Part shown: piece after piece, positions 8,735 through 17,824 of the stretch
Layout of the letters: every line of letters begins with the position of its first letter
How positions within the stretch are numbered: the first letter of the stretch is position 1
Source of the DNA: a virus
Lineage: Duplodnaviria; Caudoviricetes
Virus record (IMG/VR): IMGVR_UViG_3300032373_000784
Span: 1-42,585 of that record
Length of the DNA stretch: 42,585 nucleotides
Direction: 5' to 3' (one strand)
Position numbers and translations under genes: made by a program
Notes under the pieces: model-generated
The model's input: only the letters and a program-made list of their open reading frames with translations
The model's database searches: none
Told to the model about the DNA's origin: nothing

Positions 8735-8965
8735 ATGATGTTGGAAACCTGGATGAAAAAAAACGGCCACACCGATAAAACGTTCGGTCTTTTGATCGGG
8801 CGGGGGCGTTTAGCCGTTCTGCGTTACCGTCACGGCAAGCAAATGCCACGCCCCTCCATTGCCCAAAAAATCGAGGCGATCACCGGCGGGGAAGTTGCGG
8901 CGGCGGATCTCTATCGCACTTGTATGCTCTGTCACGCGAATGAAGCGGCGGAGGTGGCGGCATGA
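8735..8965 (+). CDS. Cro-like HTH protein
   Basis: Short HTH ending P.PSIAQKIEAITGGEV...DL; divergent from the repressor. Confidence 0.8.
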   Translation: MMLETWMKKNGHTDKTFGLLIGRGRLAVLRYRHGKQMPRPSIAQKIEAITGGEVAAADLYRTCMLCHANEAAEVAA

Positions 8966-9456
8966 GCGACGAAAAAGGTCAAGTCGATCTGTTTGGCGTT
9001 CCCGTCGCGGGTGGTTGTGGCGTGCGTCAATTGTCATTGGGGCTGTCCCTTTGCGGTGGCGGTTCGTCTTTTCACCTTCAAGTGTTTCGCTCCGGTGCGG
9101 GAAATTCCACGTCCTTAGGGGACGTCAAATCGTCCGAGGCGGGTCTCGGGGCGCGATGGGCCGCGGCGCTCAAGCGGCGTTATCCGGATCGCGATCGCGC
9201 CAAGTTGATTGCACGTGATTTCGATGTGGCGGTGCGCACCGCCAAGGGTTGGCTGGCCGAAGGTGCACCGTTCGCGTCGGTGCTGGCCAGGGCCGCGCAC
9301 CTGTTTGGTGCGGGGATCTTGGGCGAGGTGTTGATGCCCGGAAGTGATTTGGAAAAGGTCGCGCACCTGGACAGCGTGCTGGTCGAGATTGAAAGGCGCA
9401 TCGCCGATCTGGGCGATGAGCTGGTGGTTCTGAAATCGGGAGGGGCAGATGAATGA
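8962..9456 (+). CDS. Putative HTH regulator in the CII position
   Basis: AKLIARDFDVAVRTAKGWL HTH-like segment; ATGA overlap with cro. Confidence 0.55.
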   Translation: MSDEKGQVDLFGVPVAGGCGVRQLSLGLSLCGGGSSFHLQVFRSGAGNSTSLGDVKSSEAGLGARWAAALKRRYPDRDRAKLIARDFDVAVRTAKGWLAEGAPFASVLARAAHLFGAGILGEVLMPGSDLEKVAHLDSVLVEIERRIADLGDELVVLKSGGADE

Positions 9457-9784
9457 TCGACGCGATCTTGCTGCAACTGGCGATGTGGGCGCACCGGATC
9501 GGCGCGGGCCTGCTCAAGACGGTGCGGCGCCGCCGGTCGCGTTGAGCGATGTGTGGGTGCGCGACGCGCGGCGCGGTAATCCCCGATACGCCGAAACGTG
9601 TGCGTTGCTGGCAGGGGTGGCGGCTTTTCGTGAGGGCGGTGAGCGGGATCGTTGTCCGTTTTGCCCTGAGGCGGAAATGTCCTTGGTCAATGTCTGGGGC
9701 GAGGGCTGGGATATGGGCCAGCGTGAGGACGCGCGGCGGGCCAAGGCGCGTCAAGAGCCGAGATACTGGTGGCAAGAGACATGA
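9449..9784 (+). CDS. Hypothetical protein with Rmf/CrpP-like motif
   Basis: G..AF..G.....CPF.........W.EGW motif. Confidence 0.5.
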   Translation: MNDRRDLAATGDVGAPDRRGPAQDGAAPPVALSDVWVRDARRGNPRYAETCALLAGVAAFREGGERDRCPFCPEAEMSLVNVWGEGWDMGQREDARRAKARQEPRYWWQET

Positions 9785-10071
9785 GCATTCCAAGACAGAT
9801 CAAAAGAAAACGCGTTGTTCGTGAGGTCGCCGATTATGTGGTTGCCGTCGCACTTGGCTGTGCGGTGGTGGCGGCGGTCGGTTGGGCGGCGCAAAAATAT
9901 CGAAATGTGGGGGAACTCCCCGCGGGCGCGCGGTGCGTCCGAGCATACCAAGAGGCCCTGTTGCCCGGCCCCCAGGTCGATGGCGAGGTTTTCATAGGTT
10001 TCCCTGCCGCAAGATATACACCGGCAAGGGCTTCGGCACCGCAAGACAAAAACGACACTGAGCACAACTGA
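9781..10071 (+). CDS. Hypothetical protein with one TM segment
   Basis: ATGA overlap with the upstream gene; hydrophobic stretch YVVAVALGCAVVAAVGW. Confidence 0.5.
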   Translation: MSIPRQIKRKRVVREVADYVVAVALGCAVVAAVGWAAQKYRNVGELPAGARCVRAYQEALLPGPQVDGEVFIGFPAARYTPARASAPQDKNDTEHN

Positions 10072-10117
10072 ACCGGACCGGGCCCATACCCTGGGTGTCC
10101 CGGCCGGTTTTTCTTTT
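10071..10117 (+). terminator. Intrinsic terminator in the early right operon
   Basis: AACCGG...CCGGTT GC-rich stem followed by TTTCTTTT. Confidence 0.6.
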
Positions 10118-10132
10118 CCGATTGGGGGTTCC

Positions 10133-10339
10133 ATGCAGATCCACAACGTCACCTTTGAAGTCGGGCGGCGCGGCGATGGCAGCGCGGTGATCGTGCTGGA
10201 TCATGGCGGCCTGCGCCTGGAAGTCGATCTCAGCGATTGTGACCGGCGCGAGCTGGGGCGGATGTTGCTTGAGCCGCTGTATGCATGTGTGCCGTTTGAA
10301 ATTGTCGATGTGGAACTGATTGAGGAGATTGGCGGATGA
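10133..10339 (+). CDS. Phage hypothetical protein
   Basis: 68-aa ORF with RBS and ATGA overlap with the next gene. Confidence 0.55.
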   Translation: MQIHNVTFEVGRRGDGSAVIVLDHGGLRLEVDLSDCDRRELGRMLLEPLYACVPFEIVDVELIEEIGG

Positions 10340-10734
10340 ACGATGCCATCGAAAACCCGGAACATTACGTCGGTGGGCGGGTGATCGAGATCACCGATTT
10401 GATCGAGGACTGGGGGCTCGGCTGGCACCTGGGCAATGCGATGAAGTACATCAGTCGCGCCGGACGCAAAGGACCGGCGGCGGAGGATATCAAAAAGGCA
10501 CGGTGGTATCTGAAACGTAAAGTCGCGCACCTGCAGCTGAGCGGTGAGGACGATGGTCGCCCCGCAGATCGCGCGTCGATCGATGCCGCGGCGGTGGTTG
10601 CCGATTGGCAGTTGCAAGCACATCTGGCGGCGGCAGTGGGGTGTATCTACTGCCGCCGCACGCTGGATCCGCACCTGCTGCTGGAAGCGATCGGGTTTTT
10701 GGATTACCGCCTCAACGTGATCGAGGGCTTTTGA
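10336..10734 (+). CDS. DUF3310 (T7 gp1.7/SaV-like) protein
   Basis: NPEHY...GNAMKYISRAGRK...EDIKKARWYL signature. Confidence 0.85.
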   Translation: MNDAIENPEHYVGGRVIEITDLIEDWGLGWHLGNAMKYISRAGRKGPAAEDIKKARWYLKRKVAHLQLSGEDDGRPADRASIDAAAVVADWQLQAHLAAAVGCIYCRRTLDPHLLLEAIGFLDYRLNVIEGF

Positions 10735-10735
10735 G

Positions 10736-11845
10736 ATGGCCAATCAAAGACGTGTTCACGATATCGGGGTGATCGTCGGCGGGCTTGAGGACAACATTTC
10801 GGCACTGTGTCGTGAGCTGTTCCCGGCCGGGGTGAAGGAAGGCAACGAGTACCGGGTTGGGTCGTTGGCTGGTGAAAAAGGGCGATCGATGGCGATCCAC
10901 GTCGGTGCCGGGCGACCTGGGGTGTGGTGTGATTATGGCGGGCGGACCGATGATCGCGGCGATGCGTTGGACCTGGTCGCCAAGGCATTGTTTCGCGGCA
11001 ACAAAGCCGAGGCGATCACCTGGGCCAAGGGGTGGCTGGGGTTGGATGCTTCCGATCCCGCGGGCCTGAAAACCCAGCGTCGCCGTGCCGAACAAAAAAG
11101 CCGGGCGCAGAAAGAAGGCTCGGGCCGCAACAAGAAAAAGGCTTTTGCGATTTGGCTGGCGGCTCAAGAAAAGCTCAAAGGCACACCGGCGGATTGGTAT
11201 CTCAAAGGGCGCGGCATCGATCTCTCGCGGCTGGGTTATCAGCCCCGCGCGTTGCGCTTTCACCCCGGCCTGGACAATTGGGAAGGCCTGGATCCCAAGC
11301 GCGATCAACCGCGCCGTTTGCCCGCCCTGGTGGCGGCGATCACCAACGCCAAGGGTGAAACGGTGGCGGTGCATCGTACCTGGTTGCAGCCCAGCACCCA
11401 GCCGGGGGTGTTTTGGCAAAAGGCCGATCTGAAAGATCCAAAAATGACCTTGGGCCGTTACGTCGGCGGTGCGATCCGCTTGTGGCGCGGCGAGGCGATG
11501 GACCCCAGCACCGGCGAGGTCAAACGCGCGCCCGCGCTGAAGGACGCCCCGCCGAGATCGAGCGTGGTGATCGCCGAGGGGATCGAGGACGGCCTGACCA
11601 TCGCCCTGGCCGCGCCCGAGTATCGGGTGTTGGTGGCGGTGTCGCTGGCGAACATGGGGTCGCTGGATCTGCCCGCGGCCATCGCGCAAGTGATCATCGC
11701 CGCGGACAACGACGCGCCCGGATCGCGTGCCGCCGAGCAGCTGGACCGGGCGGTTGCGCATTTTCAATCGCAGGGCCGAACCGTGCGCCTGGCGCGCGCG
11801 CCACAAGGTCACAAGGATTTCAACGATTTGGTGAAACATGGATAG
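10736..11845 (+). CDS. Phage DNA primase-like TOPRIM protein
   Basis: GDALDL N-domain, YLKGRGI, AVHRTWL, IAEGIEDG, IIAADND and KDFND motifs. Confidence 0.85.
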   Translation: MANQRRVHDIGVIVGGLEDNISALCRELFPAGVKEGNEYRVGSLAGEKGRSMAIHVGAGRPGVWCDYGGRTDDRGDALDLVAKALFRGNKAEAITWAKGWLGLDASDPAGLKTQRRRAEQKSRAQKEGSGRNKKKAFAIWLAAQEKLKGTPADWYLKGRGIDLSRLGYQPRALRFHPGLDNWEGLDPKRDQPRRLPALVAAITNAKGETVAVHRTWLQPSTQPGVFWQKADLKDPKMTLGRYVGGAIRLWRGEAMDPSTGEVKRAPALKDAPPRSSVVIAEGIEDGLTIALAAPEYRVLVAVSLANMGSLDLPAAIAQVIIAADNDAPGSRAAEQLDRAVAHFQSQGRTVRLARAPQGHKDFNDLVKHG

Positions 11846-11856
11846 GAGGACGCACG

Positions 11857-13140
11857 ATGTTTGAGTTTTTGAGGCGGCGTTATCGCCGCAAGTTGGTCGA
11901 CGAATTTATGTCGAAAGGTCAGGGTCCACATCAGGCGGTCGATGCGGCGAAGGCGGTCGATGCGTTCGTGCATGGTGATGCTGGGGATCTGGCTGTTCGG
12001 CATGGTCCGCAGTCGGTGCATTTTTGTGCGAATGAGTGGGAAGCAAAAGATGTTCTGGGTGGCGTGCCCGTGCCCTTCGTTCATCACGCCGATCTGGCGG
12101 AGTTTATCGCAAGTCAATCACCACCGTTGTCGCGGGCCGAAGGTGTTGACGATCCGCGCGGCCAGGATGGGCGCGATGAGCACGGCGAGCGGGAACAAGG
12201 TGAGGGGCCACAGCCCCGGCAGGGTGAAGCTGGCAAAAATGCACAGTCCGAGCAGGACGATCAGCGGTGCCGTGCCGAGATTTCCGAGGGTCCGGACGGC
12301 GAAGACGACGGGGCCGCCGAACATGGTGGCGGCGCGGATCAGACCGTAGAGTGCGAAGGCGAGGATGCGCATGCGCTAGAGGGTAGCACGCCGTCGGGTG
12401 AGGTCAATGTTTTCGCCGACGATCCGGTGCCGCCGCATGACCACGACAAAGGCGGGCGCATCAAGTGGACGGATGATCTGAACGCCTGGTTGGCGCGGCA
12501 CTGGACCGCGGGCACGGGATCTGCGCGCGAGATCGCCGATGCGTTGGGCATCGGCGAGGGCACCGTGTATCTGCGCTGCACCAAGACGCTCGGCCTGGCC
12601 AAGCGCGGCGCGGCGGCAATCCCGGTGGCGGACCCGGTGTGCGGCGGCGGGCGGTCGGCGGGATTTTCCCCGCAACCCGGCGATATGTTCGCCGCGACCG
12701 AGGTCGAGAAGATCAAAGACATGTATTTCCGCGATGCCGAGCCTGGGGCGATCGCGGCGACGTTGAGCTTGCCGCCGGCGGCGGTCGCGGAGCTGGTCGA
12801 GGACAAAGTTGCGCGGGGGATCTGGAAGCGCCCGCAAGCCTCGCCCGGTTTTCGCGTGGTCGATCATGACCTGGCGGACGCGGCGGACGATGCCCGGCCC
12901 AAGTCGGTGAGCGGCGAGAGCTCACGCGTGGTGCATCCGGACGATGAGGAAAACGAGACGGTCGCCGCGGCGATCCGTTACCTCGAAGTTGAGGGCATGC
13001 AGGTGCAGAAATTCAAGGGGCGGTACGACGTGCTGGAGGGGACGTCGTATCTGGAGGAATGCCTGAATGCGCAGGCGCTCATCGAATTCGCCAACATGCT
13101 GCGCATCGACGACGGGCTTGATCCGTTTGCAGCTGCATAA
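11857..13140 (+). CDS. Multidomain protein with GcrA-like HTH
   Basis: ATG after AGGAGG; WTDDLNAWLARHWTAGTGSAREIADALG...LGL resembles the GcrA N-terminal HTH; may actually be two genes. Confidence 0.6.
   Translation: MFEFLRRRYRRKLVDEFMSKGQGPHQAVDAAKAVDAFVHGDAGDLAVRHGPQSVHFCANEWEAKDVLGGVPVPFVHHADLAEFIASQSPPLSRAEGVDDPRGQDGRDEHGEREQGEGPQPRQGEAGKNAQSEQDDQRCRAEISEGPDGEDDGAAEHGGGADQTVECEGEDAHALEGSTPSGEVNVFADDPVPPHDHDKGGRIKWTDDLNAWLARHWTAGTGSAREIADALGIGEGTVYLRCTKTLGLAKRGAAAIPVADPVCGGGRSAGFSPQPGDMFAATEVEKIKDMYFRDAEPGAIAATLSLPPAAVAELVEDKVARGIWKRPQASPGFRVVDHDLADAADDARPKSVSGESSRVVHPDDEENETVAAAIRYLEVEGMQVQKFKGRYDVLEGTSYLEECLNAQALIEFANMLRIDDGLDPFAAA
12118..12372 (-). CDS. Nested antisense membrane protein (putative, leaderless)
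   Basis: 84 aa, mostly hydrophobic; TTGACC-N16-TACCCT with TG extension ending 7 nt before the ATG. Confidence 0.55.
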   Translation of the reverse strand: MRILAFALYGLIRAATMFGGPVVFAVRTLGNLGTAPLIVLLGLCIFASFTLPGLWPLTLFPLAVLIAPILAARIVNTFGPRQRW

Positions 13141-13159
13141 AAAGACCGGAGATAACAAC

Positions 13160-15118
13160 TTGACCGATACGACAGAAGGTAATGGCGGCGGCGGCGGGGT
13201 GGTGAGCCTGACCTTGGTGCGTGAGGCGCTTGAGGGTGCGGCGGAAGCCTGCCCCCCGGCCCCCGCTCAAGAAGGATCGCCACCACTGAACAGTGACGCG
13301 GCGGCCATTGGCGGGGCCTTGGGGGAACGGTCGGGCGGTGGTGTGCGCGGTGGTGATGGGCGGCAGTTTTCAGAGCCGTTTGGCCATTGGTCGCGGGGTG
13401 GGGATACGCCTGGCCTGGGTCTGCCGGACGGTTGTCCTGTGGTGCCGTTGGGTCGCGATGGGCGCACGTATTACTACCTGGACGCCATGCGCCAGTTGGC
13501 CGAGCTGAAAGACAACGAGCACGGTCGTTTGGTGTTGCGCGGGCTGTTCGCCGGGAAAACCTACATGCTTGAGACGTTTTGGCCGCGGACCACGGCCAAG
13601 GGGGCGGTCAACGGCGTCGATTTCGACGACATGGCCGAGGCGTTGATGGATGCCGCGGCGCATGCCGGGGTGTGGAATGCCGAGGAAAAGGTCCGCGGCG
13701 TGGGCGCGTGGTTGGGGCGTGGCGGCGAGCTGGTGTTGCATTGTGGCGACGGTGTGCGGGTTGGCGGTGAATTGGGTCAGCCGGGGGAATGGCATCCGCC
13801 GGGGCTGGTCGATAAGTTTGTCTATCCGGCGGCCGAGGCCCAGCCCAAGCCCGCCGAGACCCCGGTTTCGGGCGGTGAGGACAGCGCCGCGGCGTGGCTG
13901 TTGGGGTTGTTGCGGTCATGGAATTGGAAGCGCGGCGACCTGGACGCCATGCTGGCGCTGGGCTGGATCGGCGCGGCGATGATCGGCGGGGCGCTGAAAT
14001 GGCGGCCCATGACGTGGATCACCGGCGGCGCGGGCACCGGCAAATCGACCTTGCAGGACGTGATCAACCAGGTGCACGGCGACGCGATCGCGCAGGCGGC
14101 CGACACCTCGGCGGCGGGGATCTGGCAAAAGGTTGGTCATTCGACCATACCGGTGGCGCTGGATGAATTGGAGGCGAGCGAGGACAATCGCAAGGTCAAC
14201 GCGGTTGTGGCGTTGGCGCGCCAGGCGTCAAGCGGTGGGATTTTGTTGCGCGGTGGCCAAGATCACAAGGGTGCTGAGTTTACGACGCGGTCGTGTTTTT
14301 TGTTTTCATCGATCTTGATGCCGCCGTTGCAGCCGCAAGATCTGACGCGCATGGCGATTTTAGAGTTGCAGCCGTTGGCCGATGGCGCGGCGCTGACCAT
14401 CGACAACAAGCACCTCAACCGCGTTGGCGCGCAGTTGCGGCGGCGTCTGGTCGATACCTGGGCCGATCTGCCCAAGATCCTCGCCACGTATCGCGATGCG
14501 TTGGGGCATTTTGGCCACGGCAACCGCGGGATGGATCAATTCGGCACGTTGTTGGCGGTGGCCGATGCGTTGCTGATCGACGACGAGATCGAACACAGCC
14601 GTGCAATGGCGTGGGCTGAGCGCCTGGACGCCAAGACCTTGGCGGCATGGACCGATGCGGAGGCCGACGAGGCGCGGTGCTTGCGCCATCTCCTGACCTC
14701 GCAGATCGATCCGTTTCGCGGTGGCCAGCGGTTCACCTTGGTCGAATGGATCGAGCGCGCGGCGGGCTGGCATCAAGGCACGGACAAGGTCGAGGCCAAC
14801 CGCACGCTGGGCACTTACGGCCTGTCGGTCGAAGAGTACGACGAGCGGGTGTGGGTGCACGTGGCCAACCAGCACCGCGGCCTGGATGGCATCTATCAGG
14901 GCACACACTGGGCCGGGCGAAGCGGCACCATGGGGGGGTGGGCTCAGTCTCTCCGCCGTCTGGAAGGCGCGTCGGCGACCCCCAGCCCGAAGTACATCGG
15001 CGGGGTGACGACGCGGGCCACACGCATACCGCTCGATACTGTTTTGCCCGAAAAGCGCGTGAGCGCGTACGACACGTGCGGCGAAGCCGCGCCGCAATCC
15101 GAACCCACCCAGAGCTGA
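13160..15118 (+). CDS. P-loop helicase/replication protein (DUF927/SF3-like)
   Basis: Walker A GGAGTGKST, Walker B ALDELE; TTG start after GGAG; downstream of the primase. Confidence 0.8.
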   Translation: MTDTTEGNGGGGGVVSLTLVREALEGAAEACPPAPAQEGSPPLNSDAAAIGGALGERSGGGVRGGDGRQFSEPFGHWSRGGDTPGLGLPDGCPVVPLGRDGRTYYYLDAMRQLAELKDNEHGRLVLRGLFAGKTYMLETFWPRTTAKGAVNGVDFDDMAEALMDAAAHAGVWNAEEKVRGVGAWLGRGGELVLHCGDGVRVGGELGQPGEWHPPGLVDKFVYPAAEAQPKPAETPVSGGEDSAAAWLLGLLRSWNWKRGDLDAMLALGWIGAAMIGGALKWRPMTWITGGAGTGKSTLQDVINQVHGDAIAQAADTSAAGIWQKVGHSTIPVALDELEASEDNRKVNAVVALARQASSGGILLRGGQDHKGAEFTTRSCFLFSSILMPPLQPQDLTRMAILELQPLADGAALTIDNKHLNRVGAQLRRRLVDTWADLPKILATYRDALGHFGHGNRGMDQFGTLLAVADALLIDDEIEHSRAMAWAERLDAKTLAAWTDAEADEARCLRHLLTSQIDPFRGGQRFTLVEWIERAAGWHQGTDKVEANRTLGTYGLSVEEYDERVWVHVANQHRGLDGIYQGTHWAGRSGTMGGWAQSLRRLEGASATPSPKYIGGVTTRATRIPLDTVLPEKRVSAYDTCGEAAPQSEPTQS

Positions 15119-15243
15119 GGAATTTGACGTGATGAGAAAGGCGCATCCGATCGGTCGATTGACCCTCAAACCCCGACCCATGGTTTCAAACAAGGCCCGC
15201 ACGGCGGGGTTGATCGGGTCTTGGGGTAAGGGGGGAGGCGACG

Positions 15244-15466
15244 GTGTAAGGCTGAAAGCCGCACAAATCAAGGAAACTTACGGTCTTACGGTCTCACCGT
15301 CGATATCCCCGTACAGGCGCGCGCGCGTGCATGCGTACGAAGAAAGAGGTGTAAGAACCGTAATATCGTAAGAAATTGAGTAAGTTACTGATAATAAACA
15401 ATGTTTTTCTTACGGTTTGTCTTACGGTCAGATTACGGCGGTGGTGGTGTGAGGCTAAGTTACTGA
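15244..15466. repeat. Iteron-like CTTACGG/CCGTAAG repeats, putative replication origin
   Basis: CTTACGG at 15277, 15285, 15409, 15421; variants in both orientations; AT-rich core; TAAGTTACTGA twice (15381, 15456). Confidence 0.65.
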
Positions 15467-15493
15467 AATGAATAAAATAATGGGTGTTTATTG

Positions 15494-16027
15494 ATGGCGG
15501 ATGATGGCGAAAAGGTTGGATTGCAAGCGGCGGTGGATGCCGTGGGTGTTGACGCGACGGAAATGCAGAAAGCTGAGCAGTTGGCGTTGTTGCCGACGGA
15601 AAGTCTGCAGGCGGATCGACGTGGCGGTGACGAAGTGGCGGAGCGATCTGGGCCTGGGCGTCCGGTTGGATCGAAGAATAAGCGCACGGCGGAGTGGACC
15701 GATTACATCCTCAGCCGTCACGTCTCGCCGTTGGTTTTCCTGGCGCAGACGTATTCGCGCCCGGCCGCTGAGTTGGCCAAAGAGCTCAAGTGTAAGGCTG
15801 AGGATGCGTTCCGGATCCAGGTCGCGGCGGCCAAAGAGCTCGCGCCGTATGTGCACCAAAAGCAGCCGGTGGCTGTTGAGGTGAGCTCGAGCGGCGTGGT
15901 GCAGCTGGTGCTGGAAATGTCGCCGGATGTGGCTGGCGCGGTCGGTGCGGCTGGCGCGCCAGGTGACGGATCTGTGGTGATTGAGGGTGAGATCGTTGAG
16001 GATGATGGAGAAGATGGAAATGATTGA
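15494..16027 (+). CDS. Terminase small subunit (putative)
   Basis: GRPVGSKNKRT motif, AAKELAPYVH, acidic tail; upstream of terL. Confidence 0.7.
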   Translation: MADDGEKVGLQAAVDAVGVDATEMQKAEQLALLPTESLQADRRGGDEVAERSGPGRPVGSKNKRTAEWTDYILSRHVSPLVFLAQTYSRPAAELAKELKCKAEDAFRIQVAAAKELAPYVHQKQPVAVEVSSSGVVQLVLEMSPDVAGAVGAAGAPGDGSVVIEGEIVEDDGEDGND

Positions 16028-16345
16028 ATATCAATGCATTAGCAACACTGATTTGGGGCAAGTCGGACAGTTTAAGTCGGACGGTTCTGGTAAATGCGTT
16101 GATTATCAGTGCGTTGACAAGTTCGAGCCGCTGATTGTGAATTGGCAGGGGCAAGCGGTCGATCGCGCTCAGCTGATCGCCGCCTCAGAAAAAGCCGAGA
16201 GGGGGGGTACCCCCCAGCTCCGCAACCCCTATACCCCCTGCCGGGTATCGCTCACTGATTTTCGGGGATTTTTGGCGAAAGTGCCTCAGGCTCAAAAAAG
16301 TCGGAAAAAATCAAGTCGGGTCGGGGGTATGGGGGTGCGGCGGAA
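16028..16345. other. terS-terL interval, putative packaging (pac/cos) region
   Basis: GGGGGGTACCCCCC palindrome near 16202-16215, G/C runs, IHF-consensus sites (16029-16041; near match 16104-16116), AGTCGG repeats. Confidence 0.5.
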
Positions 16346-17824
16346 ATGAGCGGCTTAAACCTCAATTGGCGTCCGCCTGGTCCTGTTAGCGATGCATTCA
16401 TGAAAAGCCGCGCCAAGGTGCACGGCATCGGCGGGCCGATCGGCAGCGGCAAAACGTCGGCGGCGTTGATGAAAATCATCTATCTGGCGGCGGAGCAAGA
16501 GCCGTCAACCCGCGATGGCGTTGCCCGGTTCAAGGCCTGCATCGTGCGCGATACCTATCGCAATCTTTGGAAGACAACGATCCCCAGCTGGTGGAAGTGG
16601 ATTTCACAAGACACCGGGGAGTGGGTCGGGGCCTTGAACAATCCGGCTAAGCATACCGTCAAGTTCAACCTGGGCGGTAAGATCATCGAGTTGATCGTCG
16701 AGTTCGTGGCGATCGGTGACAACGCGGCGGAGGATGTCCTGCGTGGCTATGAGCCCACGGTGTTTTACCTCAATGAGGCTGATTTGTTGGCAGAGGATGT
16801 TTTGCCCTTTGCGCGTGGTCGCGCCGGACGCTATCCAGGTATGAATGAGGGCGGCCCGAGCTGGTTCGGTGTGTTCATGGATTTTAATGCGCCGGAGTTC
16901 GATACCTGGCTGGATCGCATGGCCTATGAGGATACGCCCGAAAATTTTGATTTTTTCTTTCAGCCTGGCGCGTTCGAGCCGGGCGCTGAGAACGTCCAGA
17001 ACCTGCCGCCGGGCTACTACGATGATCAGATGGAGGGGCAACCGGATTGGTATATTCATCGCATGATCCACAACAAGCGTGGCTACTCACGCGACGGTAA
17101 GCCGGTCTACAGCGATTGGAATGATCGCTTTCATGTTTCGCAAAAAGTCCTGTCCCCGGTGCGTGAATTGCCGTTGGTGATCGGTGCGGACGCGGGCGGT
17201 ACGCCGGCCGCGATCATCACCCAGCATATGGCCAACGGGCAGTGGCGAATCCTTGATGAATTGGTGCCGGGGCATGCCGGGCCGACACGCTTTAGCGAAT
17301 ATCTCAATCAGGTTCTGCGTCAAGATTACGAGGGTATGTCTGTAACGGGGTGGGCGGATCCATCGGCAGCTTTCGGTGGTGATGGTGAGGATAAGGCTTG
17401 GATCGAGGCCGTTTCCGCGAAAACTGGAATTCGGTTTCGTCCGACCTTAACGAACTACCTGACGCCGCGCTTGGATGCGGTGCGGATCCCGTTGGGCCGG
17501 ATGATCGATGGTCAGCACCCTGGCATTTTGTTGTCGCCGAAATGCAAGATCCTGCGACGTGGTTTTAACAGCGGCTACAAGTACCGCCGGATCCAAAAAG
17601 ACAACGGTCGGTTTGCCGAAGAACCGGACAAAAATGATTTCTCACACCCACACGATGCGCTGCAGTACGCCCTTCTTGGCGGCGGTGAGTACCACGAAGT
17701 GACGGGTCGAAAGAAAGCAAACGAAGGCGGCACACGTCAAACATCAGCGATCACCGAGGACAACCCGACGGGCACCTATTCGGGCGGCGGCGGTGGTCGG
17801 CAGAGGGATGCGATCATTGACTGA
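16346..17824 (+). CDS. terL: Terminase large subunit
   Basis: Walker A GPIGSGKT, Walker B-like YLNEAD, nuclease motifs IGADAG, ADPSA, SHPHDALQY. Confidence 0.92.
   Translation: MSGLNLNWRPPGPVSDAFMKSRAKVHGIGGPIGSGKTSAALMKIIYLAAEQEPSTRDGVARFKACIVRDTYRNLWKTTIPSWWKWISQDTGEWVGALNNPAKHTVKFNLGGKIIELIVEFVAIGDNAAEDVLRGYEPTVFYLNEADLLAEDVLPFARGRAGRYPGMNEGGPSWFGVFMDFNAPEFDTWLDRMAYEDTPENFDFFFQPGAFEPGAENVQNLPPGYYDDQMEGQPDWYIHRMIHNKRGYSRDGKPVYSDWNDRFHVSQKVLSPVRELPLVIGADAGGTPAAIITQHMANGQWRILDELVPGHAGPTRFSEYLNQVLRQDYEGMSVTGWADPSAAFGGDGEDKAWIEAVSAKTGIRFRPTLTNYLTPRLDAVRIPLGRMIDGQHPGILLSPKCKILRRGFNSGYKYRRIQKDNGRFAEEPDKNDFSHPHDALQYALLGGGEYHEVTGRKKANEGGTRQTSAITEDNPTGTYSGGGGGRQRDAIID

Noticed and set aside
11413-11856. 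N-terminal extension of the 575-aa ORF
   Set aside because: Overlaps the primase in another frame and is low-complexity Arg/Gly; the strong RBS points to ATG 11857
15244-15466. CRISPR array, or a coding role for ORF 15129-15371
   Set aside because: Repeats are 7-mers in mixed orientation without spacers or cas genes; the ORF overlies the iterons and has no recognisable features
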